From an uncultured Pseudomonadota bacterium (lineage in GTDB: Bacteria > Pseudomonadota > Alphaproteobacteria > Rs-D84), in NCBI GenBank assembly GCA_902784285.1, contig CACZUL010000001.1, forward strand, positions 1 to 44,530: 44,530 nucleotides of DNA, written 5' to 3'. Shown here piece by piece: positions 7,314 to 16,953 of this stretch. Position 1 is the stretch's first letter. Every line of letters begins with the position of its first letter. Below the pieces are notes generated by a model that was not told the origin of the DNA, made no database searches, and saw only the letters and a program-made list of their open reading frames with translations. Both the position numbers and the translations under genes were made by a program.

Positions 7314-7340
7314 CAGGCGTATTTGGTTTGCCTGATTTTT
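7314..7340 (+). terminator. Candidate terminator between convergent genes
   Basis: CAGGC-gtatttggttt-GCCTG followed by ATTTTT. Confidence 0.4.
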
Positions 7341-7359
7341 AACTAAACACTTACGCCCC

Positions 7360-8424
7360 CTATTCCATTGCGGCAAGGCGTTCCAATTGGTCAGCGGAAA
7401 TCAGCGCATCTATCATCTCGTCCAAACCTTCGCCGCCCGCCAAAATATCATCCAATTTATATAATGTCAGTTTGATACGATGATCGGTTACACGCTGTTC
7501 TGGAAAATTATAGGTACGGATTTTTTCACTTCTGTCGCCAGAGCCAACCATACTACGCCGGGAACTGGTCCGTGCGGCATCTTGTTCGTTGCGCTGTTTT
7601 TCGTACAGTTTTGAACGCAAAACCGCCATGGCGGTCGCCTTGTTTTGAATCTGGCTGCGTTCATTTTGGCATGTAACAACTATGCCCGTTGGAAAGTGCG
7701 TAATACGAACCGCACTGTCGGTTTTATTAACATGTTGACCGCCCGCCCCGGATGCGCGGAACACATCGATACGAATATCTTTTTCTTCGATTTTCACGTC
7801 TATATCTTGGGCCTCGGGCATAACGGCCACCGACACAGCACTGGTATGAATACGACCGCCCGCCTCGGTTTCCGGAACGCGTTGCACGCGATGAATACCC
7901 GATTCAAATTTCATACGCGCATAGACCCCATCGCCATCAATTTTGAATATAATTTCTTTATACCCATGCAACGAAGTCGCGTTTTCTTCCACAATTTCGA
8001 TTTTCCAACCATGCCGCAACGCATAGGATTTATACTGATTAAACAAATCGCCCGCAAACAGCGCGGATTCTTCGCCACCCACCCCCGCACGAATTTCCAT
8101 AATGGCGCTGTTATCGTCCGCGTCATCCCGTGGCAGCAAGGCAATTTGTAACCGTTTTTCCACGTCAGGCATACGATGTTTTAGTGTTTCCAACTGTTCT
8201 GCGGCAATTTCGCGCAGTTCCGCATCATGCTGCATTTCGGTCGCATCAGATATGCCCTGCTTTATCTGAAAATATTCATCCACCAGGGGCAAAATCTCGT
8301 TCAGACGTGAATATTCCTTTGACAACTTTGTCAATTCGTCACCCGACACATCGCCCGAATTCATAGCAACCTGAATATCTTCCGCGCGCTTTTTTATATC
8401 TAAAAGCTTCTGATCAATAACCAT
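7360..8424 (-). CDS. prfA: Peptide chain release factor 1
   Basis: GGQ motif ([26 protein letters not shown]) and an RF1-type PxT tripeptide region ([17 protein letters not shown]). 354 aa. Confidence 0.95.
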   Translation of the reverse strand: MVIDQKLLDIKKRAEDIQVAMNSGDVSGDELTKLSKEYSRLNEILPLVDEYFQIKQGISDATEMQHDAELREIAAEQLETLKHRMPDVEKRLQIALLPRDDADDNSAIMEIRAGVGGEESALFAGDLFNQYKSYALRHGWKIEIVEENATSLHGYKEIIFKIDGDGVYARMKFESGIHRVQRVPETEAGGRIHTSAVSVAVMPEAQDIDVKIEEKDIRIDVFRASGAGGQHVNKTDSAVRITHFPTGIVVTCQNERSQIQNKATAMAVLRSKLYEKQRNEQDAARTSSRRSMVGSGDRSEKIRTYNFPEQRVTDHRIKLTLYKLDDILAGGEGLDEMIDALISADQLERLAAME

Positions 8425-8434
8425 TTTTAACCCA

Positions 8435-9721
8435 TTATTTAACCAATTTTATTGCGTCCGCCAATGACACAGTTTGCTGTTCACCGCTGGCCATATCTTT
8501 AACGGCCACAACCTTATTTTTTACTTCATCGGTTCCGATTATCATACTGAATTTAGCCATAATTTTATCGGCATATTCAATTTGATTTTTGAACTTTTTA
8601 TCGGTGTCCAGATATGCCACAGACGGCACGCCGGCATCGCGCAACGCGTTCAAAACCGACATTGCATACGGTAAGTTATCGTTCCCCATAACCAGCACCG
8701 CCACATCCGTTCCGGATTCAAATTTGCTTAAATCAATCTTGCCAGATTCCATCAAAGCAACCAACAAACGCGATACACCTATCGATGCCCCCACCCCAAC
8801 GATCTTGGTTTTGGAAAATTTGGATACCAGGTTTTCATATCGTCCACCACCACCAACCGCCGGCAAGTCCGGATAATCTATCGAGAAAAATTCAAATACA
8901 ATGCCGGTGTAATACGAATGTCCACGCATAATCGAGACATCTATTTCCGCGTTTTTGACCCCCATGGCATTCAGTAAATCCATAAAAGTGTCCATTTCCG
9001 CAATTGCGCCATCCAAATCTGCGCTTTTGCCACGGAACGAACGATAACCATTTGTAAACACTGAATCTATTTCCTTGGCGGCATCCGCCCCAACCGTTTC
9101 AATCATACCATCCATAAAATCAGATATCTTGTCGCGTTTGTCTATCAAGACAAATGCTTCGCGCGCCTGGGCTTCATTTAACCCCAGATATGCAAACATG
9201 GCGTTCCAAAAACGACGATTCCCAATTTTTACTTTTATGCCCCCGACAATATCCGACACAGATTCATACACCCGCATCAAAGTTGACACAATTTCCGCAT
9301 CATAATTTAATGACAGTGTTTGAACCCCCAAAATGTCAATGTCCAATTGCCAAAATTCGCGATAGCGCCCGCGCTGGGGTCTTTCGCCACGATAATTGCG
9401 GGCAAATTGATATGTATAGAACGGAAAAGTTAATTCATTAAGGTGCCCCGCAACAAAGCGCGACAACCCGACCGTTCCGTCATACCGCAGACCCATTTTC
9501 GTATCGCCTTTTTGAAACAAAAATATCTGTGTTTCAATTTCGTCCCAGTTATCTTTATCGGTCAAAACCTCGGCCCGCTCTATTGCCGGCAAATCAAGAC
9601 GCGAATACCCACAGTTCCGCAACACGTTCTGCATACGGCGTGCACATTCATCAAAACACCGTTGCTGGGCCGGCAGCAGTTCTATAAATCCCGATAAAGG
9701 TTTTGTTGGTTTCAAATCCAT
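8435..9721 (-). CDS. hisS: Histidyl-tRNA synthetase
   Basis: Class II motifs ([23 protein letters not shown]; [10 protein letters not shown]) plus a C-terminal anticodon-binding domain. The 10-nt gap to prfA suggests an operon. Confidence 0.9.
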   Translation of the reverse strand: MDLKPTKPLSGFIELLPAQQRCFDECARRMQNVLRNCGYSRLDLPAIERAEVLTDKDNWDEIETQIFLFQKGDTKMGLRYDGTVGLSRFVAGHLNELTFPFYTYQFARNYRGERPQRGRYREFWQLDIDILGVQTLSLNYDAEIVSTLMRVYESVSDIVGGIKVKIGNRRFWNAMFAYLGLNEAQAREAFVLIDKRDKISDFMDGMIETVGADAAKEIDSVFTNGYRSFRGKSADLDGAIAEMDTFMDLLNAMGVKNAEIDVSIMRGHSYYTGIVFEFFSIDYPDLPAVGGGGRYENLVSKFSKTKIVGVGASIGVSRLLVALMESGKIDLSKFESGTDVAVLVMGNDNLPYAMSVLNALRDAGVPSVAYLDTDKKFKNQIEYADKIMAKFSMIIGTDEVKNKVVAVKDMASGEQQTVSLADAIKLVK

Positions 9722-9911
9722 TTTATTTATCCTTATGTTTTTTATTGTTTGATTTTGGGCATGCGCCCAACCGAATTATTTTATGATTTTTGTACACTAG
9801 AAACACTTGCCCAAACGGGCATGATGGACGAAATAAAAAACATTACACTTCATAAACATACGCAGATTATACAATATGCGCATCAAATTTTCAATAATTT
9901 TATTTGTACCC

Positions 9912-10511
9912 TTAATCCATGGTGCGAATTAAACGCTTAATGTGCCGCAATCGCAAGAACATATATATATCCGCCGCCGCGTACAGCATAAGGTAAATCG
10001 CCAAAAACCATACCAAGACGCCAATCGCCAAATTCGGCATAAACAATAACGACAGCGCCAATAAAACCAACACGCCCGACACAACAACATCGGCGATATG
10101 ATTACCAATATGCGCCCGCGCCACATTTACCGCAAAGAACAGTAACCGCAGCGCGTTCATTAAAAACATTACTATAAATATATAGATAACCCCAACCGTC
10201 GCGCCGTACGGATATATGCAAAATATCACCCCCAACATAAATGTAACCAAACCAAAGAACACATCAAATGTGCCGGCGGTTAATCCTTGGGTTGAAACGA
10301 AAACCATACTGGTCCGGTACAGGCCAAAAATTACCAACACCGCCCCAACGATAAAAGTAACCGCAGACAGAAATTCCACGGGCTTTATCATCATTAACAA
10401 TGCAACCGTGATAAACAATATCGCCTCGCCCAACAAAAGTGGCGCAGTATGACGATAGACCCGTTTTGCCAAACGGATTAAATCTTTTTTCTTATCTCTT
10501 GGTTTTTTCAT
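9912..10511 (-). CDS. Multi-pass membrane protein, HdeD/DUF308-like
   Basis: Start at MKKPRDKKK (ATG 10511). It has six hydrophobic helices, and the repeated pattern resembles the DUF308 family. I recognised the family by eye only. Confidence 0.55.
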   Translation of the reverse strand: MKKPRDKKKDLIRLAKRVYRHTAPLLLGEAILFITVALLMMIKPVEFLSAVTFIVGAVLVIFGLYRTSMVFVSTQGLTAGTFDVFFGLVTFMLGVIFCIYPYGATVGVIYIFIVMFLMNALRLLFFAVNVARAHIGNHIADVVVSGVLVLLALSLLFMPNLAIGVLVWFLAIYLMLYAAADIYMFLRLRHIKRLIRTMD

Positions 10512-10637
10512 TATAAATCCCCCACAAAATTGCATACTTTTAACACATTATACCACATTTTTATGTATAAAACAATACGAATAAATACACACGAAAACCT
10601 TGTTGCAGACACCATATTTTATAAGTATAATCAAAAT

Positions 10638-11354
10638 ATGATATACACCGATAGCCATTGTCATATACGACCTGAACCGGAAAATCCGGATATTGCATGC
10701 AGAATTTATAATTCTGCGCGCGCCATTGATTGGGAAAATGCAATTGATATTTCTGAACGCGATGATGATAAAAACTTTGCCACAATCGGTATTCACCCGT
10801 GGTATATTGCGGATGCTGGTGCCGAATTTGAAACGGCAATAGCGGAAATATTGGCATCACACCCAAATCTGATGGTTGGCGAAATCGGACTTGATAAATT
10901 CAAACCAGACATGGATCGTCAAGTCGAAGTATTTACCCGCCAATTAGAAATTGCCGCACGATTCCGCCGCCCGATACACCTGCACTGTGTTGGCGCATGG
11001 GACAAAGTTTTACACATATTTCGGGAACACGAAAGAAATATGCCACCCGCCGTTTTGGCACACGGCTTTACGGGCGACCCGTCCCAAATTGAAATGTTGG
11101 CAAATAAATATAATATGTATTTCTCGTATTCTGTGCGCGCAGACAACGAAACAAATGCCACCCGCGTATCGAAAACGCCGGCAAATCGAATCTTGGCAGA
11201 AACAGACACTTTTGACGCAGGCGAAGAGATACCCGAACTGGACACGATTATAAATATGATTGCCGCCGCACATAATTACGATGCAGACGAAATGTCTGAA
11301 CAAATTTATCAAAATATCCAAAGGATTATAAGTTATGTCCGACCGATTGCATAG
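10638..11354 (+). CDS. TatD-family metal-dependent hydrolase
   Basis: Start at MIYTDSHCHI (HxH metal motif). IGEIGLD and HLHCV motifs are present. The long ORF start at 10530 is rejected. Confidence 0.8.
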   Translation: MIYTDSHCHIRPEPENPDIACRIYNSARAIDWENAIDISERDDDKNFATIGIHPWYIADAGAEFETAIAEILASHPNLMVGEIGLDKFKPDMDRQVEVFTRQLEIAARFRRPIHLHCVGAWDKVLHIFREHERNMPPAVLAHGFTGDPSQIEMLANKYNMYFSYSVRADNETNATRVSKTPANRILAETDTFDAGEEIPELDTIINMIAAAHNYDADEMSEQIYQNIQRIISYVRPIA

Positions 11355-12012
11355 GACCCGCACATTATTGGGCAACGACAAAATCGAAAAATTACAAAAC
11401 GCAACTGTTATGGTTTTTGGATGCGGTGCGGTCGGTTCTTTTGCAATCGAGGCACTGGCTCGATCGGGTGTTGGGAACATAATTTTATTGGATTTTGATG
11501 TGGCCGAAGAATCAAATATCAACAGACAATTATTTGCCACAGAATCTACATTGGGGCGTAAGAAAATAAATATTGCCCAGGAACGAATTGCCGATATTAA
11601 CCCAGATATAAATGTAACCGTTTTCGACATATTTTTTGATGAAAAAAGCACCCTGCCCGTGCGTCCTGATTTTGTGATTGACGCCATCGATACGGTCAAA
11701 TCAAAGATTGCGATTTATCGTTGGTGCAAACAAAATAATATACCTTTTATATCATCCATGGGCGCGGCGCGCAAAACAGACCCAACAAAAATTAAAATAG
11801 ATAAAATATCAAAAACTTTCGCCTGCCCCCTTGCGGCAACAATTCGCCGGGCGGTCCGTGCCGAACGCATTGGCGATTTTCCGGTCGTGTTTTCAACCGA
11901 ATTGCCCGCCCCGCACAAATCACCCACCAAGGATTTTGGATCTATCATAACTGTAACCGGTACATTTGGATTATTTATGGCAAATTATGCAATAAAAAAA
12001 ATAACCGCATAA
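11335..12012 (+). CDS. tcdA: ThiF/MoeB-family E1-like enzyme, probably tRNA threonylcarbamoyladenosine dehydratase
   Basis: Rossmann motif VMVFGCGAVGSFAIEALARSGVGNIILLDFDVAEESNINRQL. The size and C-terminal region resemble TcdA/CsdL. It overlaps the tatD-like gene by 20 nt. Confidence 0.75.
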   Translation: MSDRLHRTRTLLGNDKIEKLQNATVMVFGCGAVGSFAIEALARSGVGNIILLDFDVAEESNINRQLFATESTLGRKKINIAQERIADINPDINVTVFDIFFDEKSTLPVRPDFVIDAIDTVKSKIAIYRWCKQNNIPFISSMGAARKTDPTKIKIDKISKTFACPLAATIRRAVRAERIGDFPVVFSTELPAPHKSPTKDFGSIITVTGTFGLFMANYAIKKITA

Positions 12013-12045
12013 AAAACCGCCCAAATGGGCGGTTTCATTTTTTAT
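12011..12045. terminator. Bidirectional terminator between convergent genes
   Basis: AAAAAACCGCCC-aaat-GGGCGGTTTCATTTTTT: an A-run upstream and a T-run downstream. Confidence 0.7.
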
Positions 12046-12055
12046 TTATACCAAA

Positions 12056-13630
12056 TTATTTTTCATCACCAAATTCTTTGGCATACTTGGCCTTTAAAGC
12101 ACGAACTTCTTTCAATGCCTTGGCGGCTTTGCGTTCCTCTTGTTGCGCAACACGCAAAGCTTCCTGGGTTGCCTGCTCTTTTTCTTCGCACGCCTTCATC
12201 AAATTAGTTTGCACTTCTTTGACACGCGCCGCAGCAGCCAACACCTGTTCATTTGCCAATTGTAATTCTGCCAAAACTTTGACCGTGTCTTCACCTGGTT
12301 TGGCCGCCTGTTCGAATTTCTCGCCATATTTTTGTTCAGCGATTTCGTGTTCCTTTTTTGCGGCCTCCAATTCTTGAATCCAAACTTCCAAGGTTTTCTG
12401 AACGATGCGCAATTCTTGCGCATTTTTCGGATGTCCAATCGGCAAGGCACCAACAGGCAAAACCATTCTGGCTGGTTCTGGGTCATCAACCACACGGACA
12501 TCTGGTAATTCGGCCTTAGTCGCTTTTGCCTTGGTTGATGAAGCTTTGGTCTTTGAAGATTTCTTTTTGAAATTTTCCACCAACGCCTTGAACTCTTCAA
12601 AATGTTCGGCCTTGAACAATTTTAAAGATACACTTTTAGTTCCGGCTGAATTAACGAACCAAGAATTTACAGTATCTTTCAAGGCTGGGTTATCCTTTAA
12701 AATCTGATATTTCAACTTTGAAACAGATTGACCGTTCTTCAATTCCAATTTTTCTGCCAATTGTTCCAATGTCCAATGATTTTCATCAGCCTTGATAACC
12801 GGCTTAACAGCGACGGCCGACTTAACTTTGTCTTTTTGGCCCGCTTTTTTAACACCAGTTTTTGCCTTCGTGGATTTTTTCTTTTCAGAATTTTTGCCAT
12901 ATGTTTCATCATACAGGCGTTTCAATTCATCGAAATGTTTCGGATTGAAACGTTTTCCTTGGTTTCCCAGATTAACAAACCAATCTTCGCCATCAATTTC
13001 AGGATAAGATTTTTTCAATCCGCTTTTCCACAGATAAAATTGATCTATCGTATCAAAGCCCAATTTTGTAGACAGGTCTTCAAGCGACATCCAATTTTCG
13101 ACCGATGGCTTTGGGCAAACAAAGTTATCTATTGCATCGGCCCAAAGATTCAATTGTTCAACTGCGCCACTCCAACTTAACTTTTTAGCAACAACTTCCG
13201 TTAAATACAACGAAGCCAATTTTGGACCTTTGCGCAATCCTTCGGCCGATGAAGGCACCGGATTAGAATTTTCAGTGGTCGCAATAAGTTTCTTAAGCTT
13301 TTCAATATCCGATAATTGGGCACGCGAACCGGCTAATTCTATGCCTGTTCTTAATTTGCTAATATCATCATCGGACATTTGAACCAAGATATCTTGGGGA
13401 TTTTTATCGCACAAACCGTATAACACGGCATGCAATGCCCACAAGCAATTGATTGATTGTTCGTTTTTATTTATCAATTCAATCAACACATCCAATTGTG
13501 TCAAAAGCAAGTGTTGCATTTTGAACCAGTCAATATCTGGATCAAGTGCTTTTCTTACAGCAATCAAAAATTCTTCATACGACATTCTGCCATCGTTATC
13601 CGGCAATATCTTGTTCTGTTTTTTAGCCAT
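12056..13630 (-). CDS. Hypothetical protein (524 aa) with two internal ~70-aa repeats, Lys-rich linkers and a C-terminal coiled coil
   Basis: Strong SD (GGAGG) before the ATG at 13630. The repeats begin NWMSLEDLSTKLG...DWFVNLG...KHFDELKRLY and HWTLEQLAEKLE...SWFVNSAG...EHFEEFKALV. The C-terminal ~120 aa are rich in heptad-like E/K/A/Q. Confidence 0.75.
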   Translation of the reverse strand: MAKKQNKILPDNDGRMSYEEFLIAVRKALDPDIDWFKMQHLLLTQLDVLIELINKNEQSINCLWALHAVLYGLCDKNPQDILVQMSDDDISKLRTGIELAGSRAQLSDIEKLKKLIATTENSNPVPSSAEGLRKGPKLASLYLTEVVAKKLSWSGAVEQLNLWADAIDNFVCPKPSVENWMSLEDLSTKLGFDTIDQFYLWKSGLKKSYPEIDGEDWFVNLGNQGKRFNPKHFDELKRLYDETYGKNSEKKKSTKAKTGVKKAGQKDKVKSAVAVKPVIKADENHWTLEQLAEKLELKNGQSVSKLKYQILKDNPALKDTVNSWFVNSAGTKSVSLKLFKAEHFEEFKALVENFKKKSSKTKASSTKAKATKAELPDVRVVDDPEPARMVLPVGALPIGHPKNAQELRIVQKTLEVWIQELEAAKKEHEIAEQKYGEKFEQAAKPGEDTVKVLAELQLANEQVLAAAARVKEVQTNLMKACEEKEQATQEALRVAQQEERKAAKALKEVRALKAKYAKEFGDEK

Positions 13631-13658
13631 GTCAGCCTCCGTTGTTTTCTATACTGAA

Positions 13659-13686
13659 TATGTAGCACAAAAATATATATTGTCAA
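13659..13686 (-). promoter_or_regulatory. Candidate promoter for the 524-aa gene
   Basis: On the minus strand: TTGACA (13686-13681), a 16-nt spacer, then TGcTACATA (extended -10, ending at 13659). Confidence 0.45.
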
Positions 13687-13733
13687 GTGATTTTTAAAAA
13701 ATAATACTATAAAAATTTGCGCCCCCGCGCCAA

Positions 13734-14603
13734 TTAACGCGAACGGATACCAATTTTTTGTTTTAATACATTGAAATCAGTATAAAAATTTTGGAATTTT
13801 GCCAATTTTTCCACAATAGTAAAACTGGTTCCGATGCGCGATACATCATGAGCATCGTCAACCACCAAAACCGGCATACCGGCCGCCGTAATTTGCCTTA
13901 TTTTACGGGCACGGGCACCGATTGGTCCATAACGGCGGTTGCCCATCAACGCAGTATTTATCTCGATTGGTACATGATTTAACGCCAATGCTTTCAGCGC
14001 TACCGCTTCCATATCATCATATCGCAACCCCATTTTGCGTGGCAAATCAAAGTGCGCAATCCAATTAAACCGAAATACCATCGGCCGCCAATCAAATTCT
14101 GCCAACCGCATAAGGTTCTGATAATATTCGCGTAACAATCGTCCAGATTCCCGCGCATCTGCATTTTTTATATCATGAACATTTAATACCCCATCCGCCC
14201 CACGGTCAATAAAATGCATCGCACCAATGATATAGTCCGGATTCAGACGTGTTACCGCATAATTTACCGCATCCGCCCATTCAGGATATTGAAACCAATC
14301 CATTTCCATTCCGCACAAAATGTTCATATCAGAATATTTTTCACGCAAATCACGCACAACACTATAATGTTCAGAAAATTTAGCAATTGCTTCATCTACA
14401 TTGGCACTGTATATATTTGAATAGCCCCCTCGCACAGAATATTCATACAATCTGGATTTTTTAATTGCCGGATGAACGATAAAGTGATTTGAAAAACCGA
14501 TTGTTTTAAATCCACCCGTCCGTGCCGCCTCGATCATTTCTTCGGGGGTATTACGGCCATCAAATCCGGCTGTATGGGTGTGCAGTGTATAATTTGTTTT
14601 CAT
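13734..14603 (-). CDS. PHP-domain phosphoesterase (histidinol-phosphatase HisJ-like family)
   Basis: The N-terminal LHTHTAGFDGRNTPEEMIEAARTGGFKTIGFSNH is typical of a PHP domain. 289 aa, with SD AGGA. Confidence 0.8.
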   Translation of the reverse strand: MKTNYTLHTHTAGFDGRNTPEEMIEAARTGGFKTIGFSNHFIVHPAIKKSRLYEYSVRGGYSNIYSANVDEAIAKFSEHYSVVRDLREKYSDMNILCGMEMDWFQYPEWADAVNYAVTRLNPDYIIGAMHFIDRGADGVLNVHDIKNADARESGRLLREYYQNLMRLAEFDWRPMVFRFNWIAHFDLPRKMGLRYDDMEAVALKALALNHVPIEINTALMGNRRYGPIGARARKIRQITAAGMPVLVVDDAHDVSRIGTSFTIVEKLAKFQNFYTDFNVLKQKIGIRSR

Positions 14604-14677
14604 ATTTCATCCTTTGCGTGTCCCACCAGTATTGGACTTTTCGCCGCAATATGTCAAACACAAATTAAATTCGACCT

Positions 14678-14694
14678 TTGGTCGGGGCGACAGG
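14678..14694 (-). repeat. Duplicate of the 3' acceptor end of tRNA-Pro (att-like remnant)
   Basis: tggtcggggcgacagg (14679-14694) is identical to 14933-14948, the 3' end of the intact tRNA including CCA. Confidence 0.75.
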
Positions 14695-14850
14695 TATCTC
14701 GATACACAATAAATAAAATTAAAAAATCTCGTAAACTTCGATTTTTTAAAATTTTCTTAATTGTGTATTTTCGTATTCGCTCGGTCGGCGTTGCCGACAC
14801 TGCGCGCAACCCGTAACGATTTCGCTTCACTTCGTTTGCAAAATCTACTT

Positions 14851-14865
14851 GGTTTCGAACCTACG
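14851..14865 (-). repeat. Duplicate fragment of the tRNA-Pro T-arm
   Basis: The 15 nt ggtttcgaacctacg differ at one position from ggattcgaacctacg (14947-14961) of the intact tRNA. Confidence 0.6.
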
Positions 14866-14932
14866 GTTCAAATCCACACCCGCTGCGCGGCGATAAAATA
14901 ATAATGCCGCCTTTGGCGACATTCTTATTTTA

Positions 14933-15009
14933 TGGTCGGGGCGACAGGATTCGAACCTACGACATCTTGCTCCCAAAGCAAGCACTCTACCAGACTGAGC
15001 TACGCCCCG
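14933..15009 (-). tRNA. tRNA-Pro (anticodon UGG)
   Basis: The reverse complement is CGGGGCGTAGCTCAGTCTGGTAGAGTGCTTGCTTTGGGAGCAAGATGTCGTAGGTTCGAATCCTGTCGCCCCGACCA. It has a 7-bp acceptor stem, an anticodon stem CTTGC/GCAAG with loop TTTGGGA, a TTCGAAT T-loop, and an encoded CCA. Confidence 0.85.
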
Positions 15010-15133
15010 AGTGATTGGCATTATACGCTTTTTTTTCTCAAACGCAAGTTATATTTGAAACATCCTGGTTTTCAAACTTTTCGTTTCATTTTGCAAATAT
15101 TATATATTACAGTAACTACCAGGAAATAAAATA

Positions 15134-15562
15134 ATGTCAGAAAAAACTGTTCGTGTTGGAATTGCGTGCTGGGTTTTTAACCCGGCGGGTTTGATTTTGT
15201 TGGGGAAACGGTTATCGAAACACGGATTTGGCACATGGGCACCGCCGGGCGGGCACTTGGAATTTGGCGAATCACCTACCGAGTGCGCATCACGCGAACT
15301 TTTTGAAGAAACCGGAATTTTTATTCCAAACACGCACTTTCACCAGGTCGACATTACAAACGATATTTTTCCAGACAGACACTATATAACCATACATTAT
15401 CGTGCCGATTCAATCACGGCAACACCGATATTGTGTGAACCCGATAAATGCGAAATGTGGAAATGGTTCAATCCTAATAATGTTCCACAAAACTTGTTTT
15501 CACCCGCCGAGAAATTCATCATGAAAATCAATACGGAACTTCGAAAAAATCAAAGAAATTAA
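15134..15562 (+). CDS. NUDIX hydrolase
   Basis: Nudix box GGHLEFGESPTECASRELFEETG. SD AGGAAA. 142 aa. Confidence 0.85.
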   Translation: MSEKTVRVGIACWVFNPAGLILLGKRLSKHGFGTWAPPGGHLEFGESPTECASRELFEETGIFIPNTHFHQVDITNDIFPDRHYITIHYRADSITATPILCEPDKCEMWKWFNPNNVPQNLFSPAEKFIMKINTELRKNQRN

Positions 15563-16433
15563 ACCACTGTTTTGGATATTGTAAAATCAGATTTTCCAGA
15601 AAACCGGCATATTCATCCGCCATTGTTTTAATATCTTTGGTATTCAATTTTTTGACAAAAACACGATATTTTTCGCCCGCGGTGTTCATGTTGGCAATTG
15701 CAAAGACCGGACAGTCGCACACACGTGCAAACCTGAACACACCCATAGGCAGCGCGCAAGGCGCACCCAAACATTTTGATTTTATAATTTTATCTGGGCT
15801 ATTTGGCGAAAGCCGGTCCCCCGCCATCATAACCAATTCTCCGCGCATAACAGCATCGTACATTTCGCCCGCCATCGCGACATCTATTTCTTCGGTTGGA
15901 TGAATTACCGTATTGGTATAATTTGCATGTCGTTCAATGAAACTGCGAAATATCGAATTTTGGCCAACATTCATAAAGGCATGCATACGCACCCCCGCCG
16001 CATTTGGAATTGCGCACAGTGCTTCTATATTTCCAAGGTGCGAACATATAAAAAACGCCCCGCCCCCGGTTGACAAGATATTCTGAAATTCGTGCCAATC
16101 GACATCTTTATTTATATCAAATTTTATCTTTGTTTTTTTATCGCATATCGCAGACATTTTATCAACAACTGAACACGCAAATGCGCCAATGTGCCCAAAA
16201 GAAGAAAAATGCGATTGCTTTAATTTTTTCTGTTTCTGGTACGCGTTTAATATTTTTTTATATTTGGCCGATGCCACACGTGCGGGACGCGCCCCCAGCG
16301 CAATCGTCCAAGATATAATGCGCACAAAGAACTTTACCGCGCGTATCCCCATCACACGATATACCCACCACAAAAATTCCATCCGGAATCGACCTGCGCC
16401 ACGTTCACGGACCTTATACCAATTTACCACCAC
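15528..16433 (-). CDS. LpxL/HtrB-like lysophospholipid acyltransferase (ape-cluster type)
   Basis: GTG start. The N-terminal W...ERGAGRF followed by a membrane anchor matches my memory of acyltransferases that open or close aryl-polyene-type clusters. The 3' end overlaps the Nudix gene by 35 nt (convergent). Confidence 0.7.
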   Translation of the reverse strand: MVVNWYKVRERGAGRFRMEFLWWVYRVMGIRAVKFFVRIISWTIALGARPARVASAKYKKILNAYQKQKKLKQSHFSSFGHIGAFACSVVDKMSAICDKKTKIKFDINKDVDWHEFQNILSTGGGAFFICSHLGNIEALCAIPNAAGVRMHAFMNVGQNSIFRSFIERHANYTNTVIHPTEEIDVAMAGEMYDAVMRGELVMMAGDRLSPNSPDKIIKSKCLGAPCALPMGVFRFARVCDCPVFAIANMNTAGEKYRVFVKKLNTKDIKTMADEYAGFLENLILQYPKQWFNFFDFFEVPY

Positions 16434-16470
16434 TTCTTGCCTTTGGTTTGTTTTGTGTTATATTCTTCGT

Positions 16471-16953
16471 ATGAAGATTTTTATAGCAGATTTAACCACG
16501 ATATGCAACCAGGACGATTTGATTGCCAAATTGACCCAATCTGATGTGGAAAAATATAAATCTTTTAAGCGGAAAATCCGCGCACAGCAATTTTTGATGG
16601 CACATTATGTCAAAAACCAATTCGATTCTGAATTCAAATACACATCCATTGCCCACAAAGATAACTTTGTTATTGTCGCGGCATCAAACATGCCAATTGG
16701 TGTTGATATTGAAGACACATCTAAAACACGCGATTTTAAAACAATGTCCGAATTTATGAATTTTTCAAATGTCAAAAATGCCGATGATTTTTATCGTGCG
16801 TTTACAGAATACGAGGCGCGTTATAAAATGCCTTTACCTGATTGTGGCCATGCGCGATTCTATACAATCGGCAATTATATGATTTGTGTCGTATCAAACG
16901 AACAGAATATTGAACCCGTCTGGACAAACTTAATTCCGGAACAAATACAGTGA
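16471..16953 (+). CDS. 4'-phosphopantetheinyl transferase (Sfp/EntD type, short)
   Basis: ATG at 16471. PIGVDIEDT (GxDxE metal motif). Its location inside an ACP-containing cluster supports the call. Confidence 0.65.
   Translation: MKIFIADLTTICNQDDLIAKLTQSDVEKYKSFKRKIRAQQFLMAHYVKNQFDSEFKYTSIAHKDNFVIVAASNMPIGVDIEDTSKTRDFKTMSEFMNFSNVKNADDFYRAFTEYEARYKMPLPDCGHARFYTIGNYMICVVSNEQNIEPVWTNLIPEQIQ

Noticed and set aside
9722-9911. A T-box or attenuator upstream of hisS. Two short GC hairpins (TTGGGC-atgc-GCCCAA at 9755-9770 and TGCCC-aaac-GGGCA at 9808-9821) have interchangeable arms.
   Set aside because: There is no T-box consensus, no specifier-loop architecture and no U-tract after either hairpin. 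The hairpins may simply mark the end of the upstream membrane-protein gene.
11010-11699. A 229-aa minus-strand ORF spanning the tatD/tcdA junction. Similar antisense ORFs occur at 2260-2757, 3251-3757, 7645-8151, 37520-38140 and 42442-43071.
   Set aside because: Each is antisense to a gene with clear family motifs. None has a recognisable motif or SD.
14851-14885. A second tRNA gene suggested by GGTTCAAATCC on the plus strand.
   Set aside because: The flanking bases do not form a T-stem (3 of 5 pairs), and no acceptor or anticodon arms can be built. The adjacent minus-strand match to the tRNA-Pro T-arm explains the similarity.
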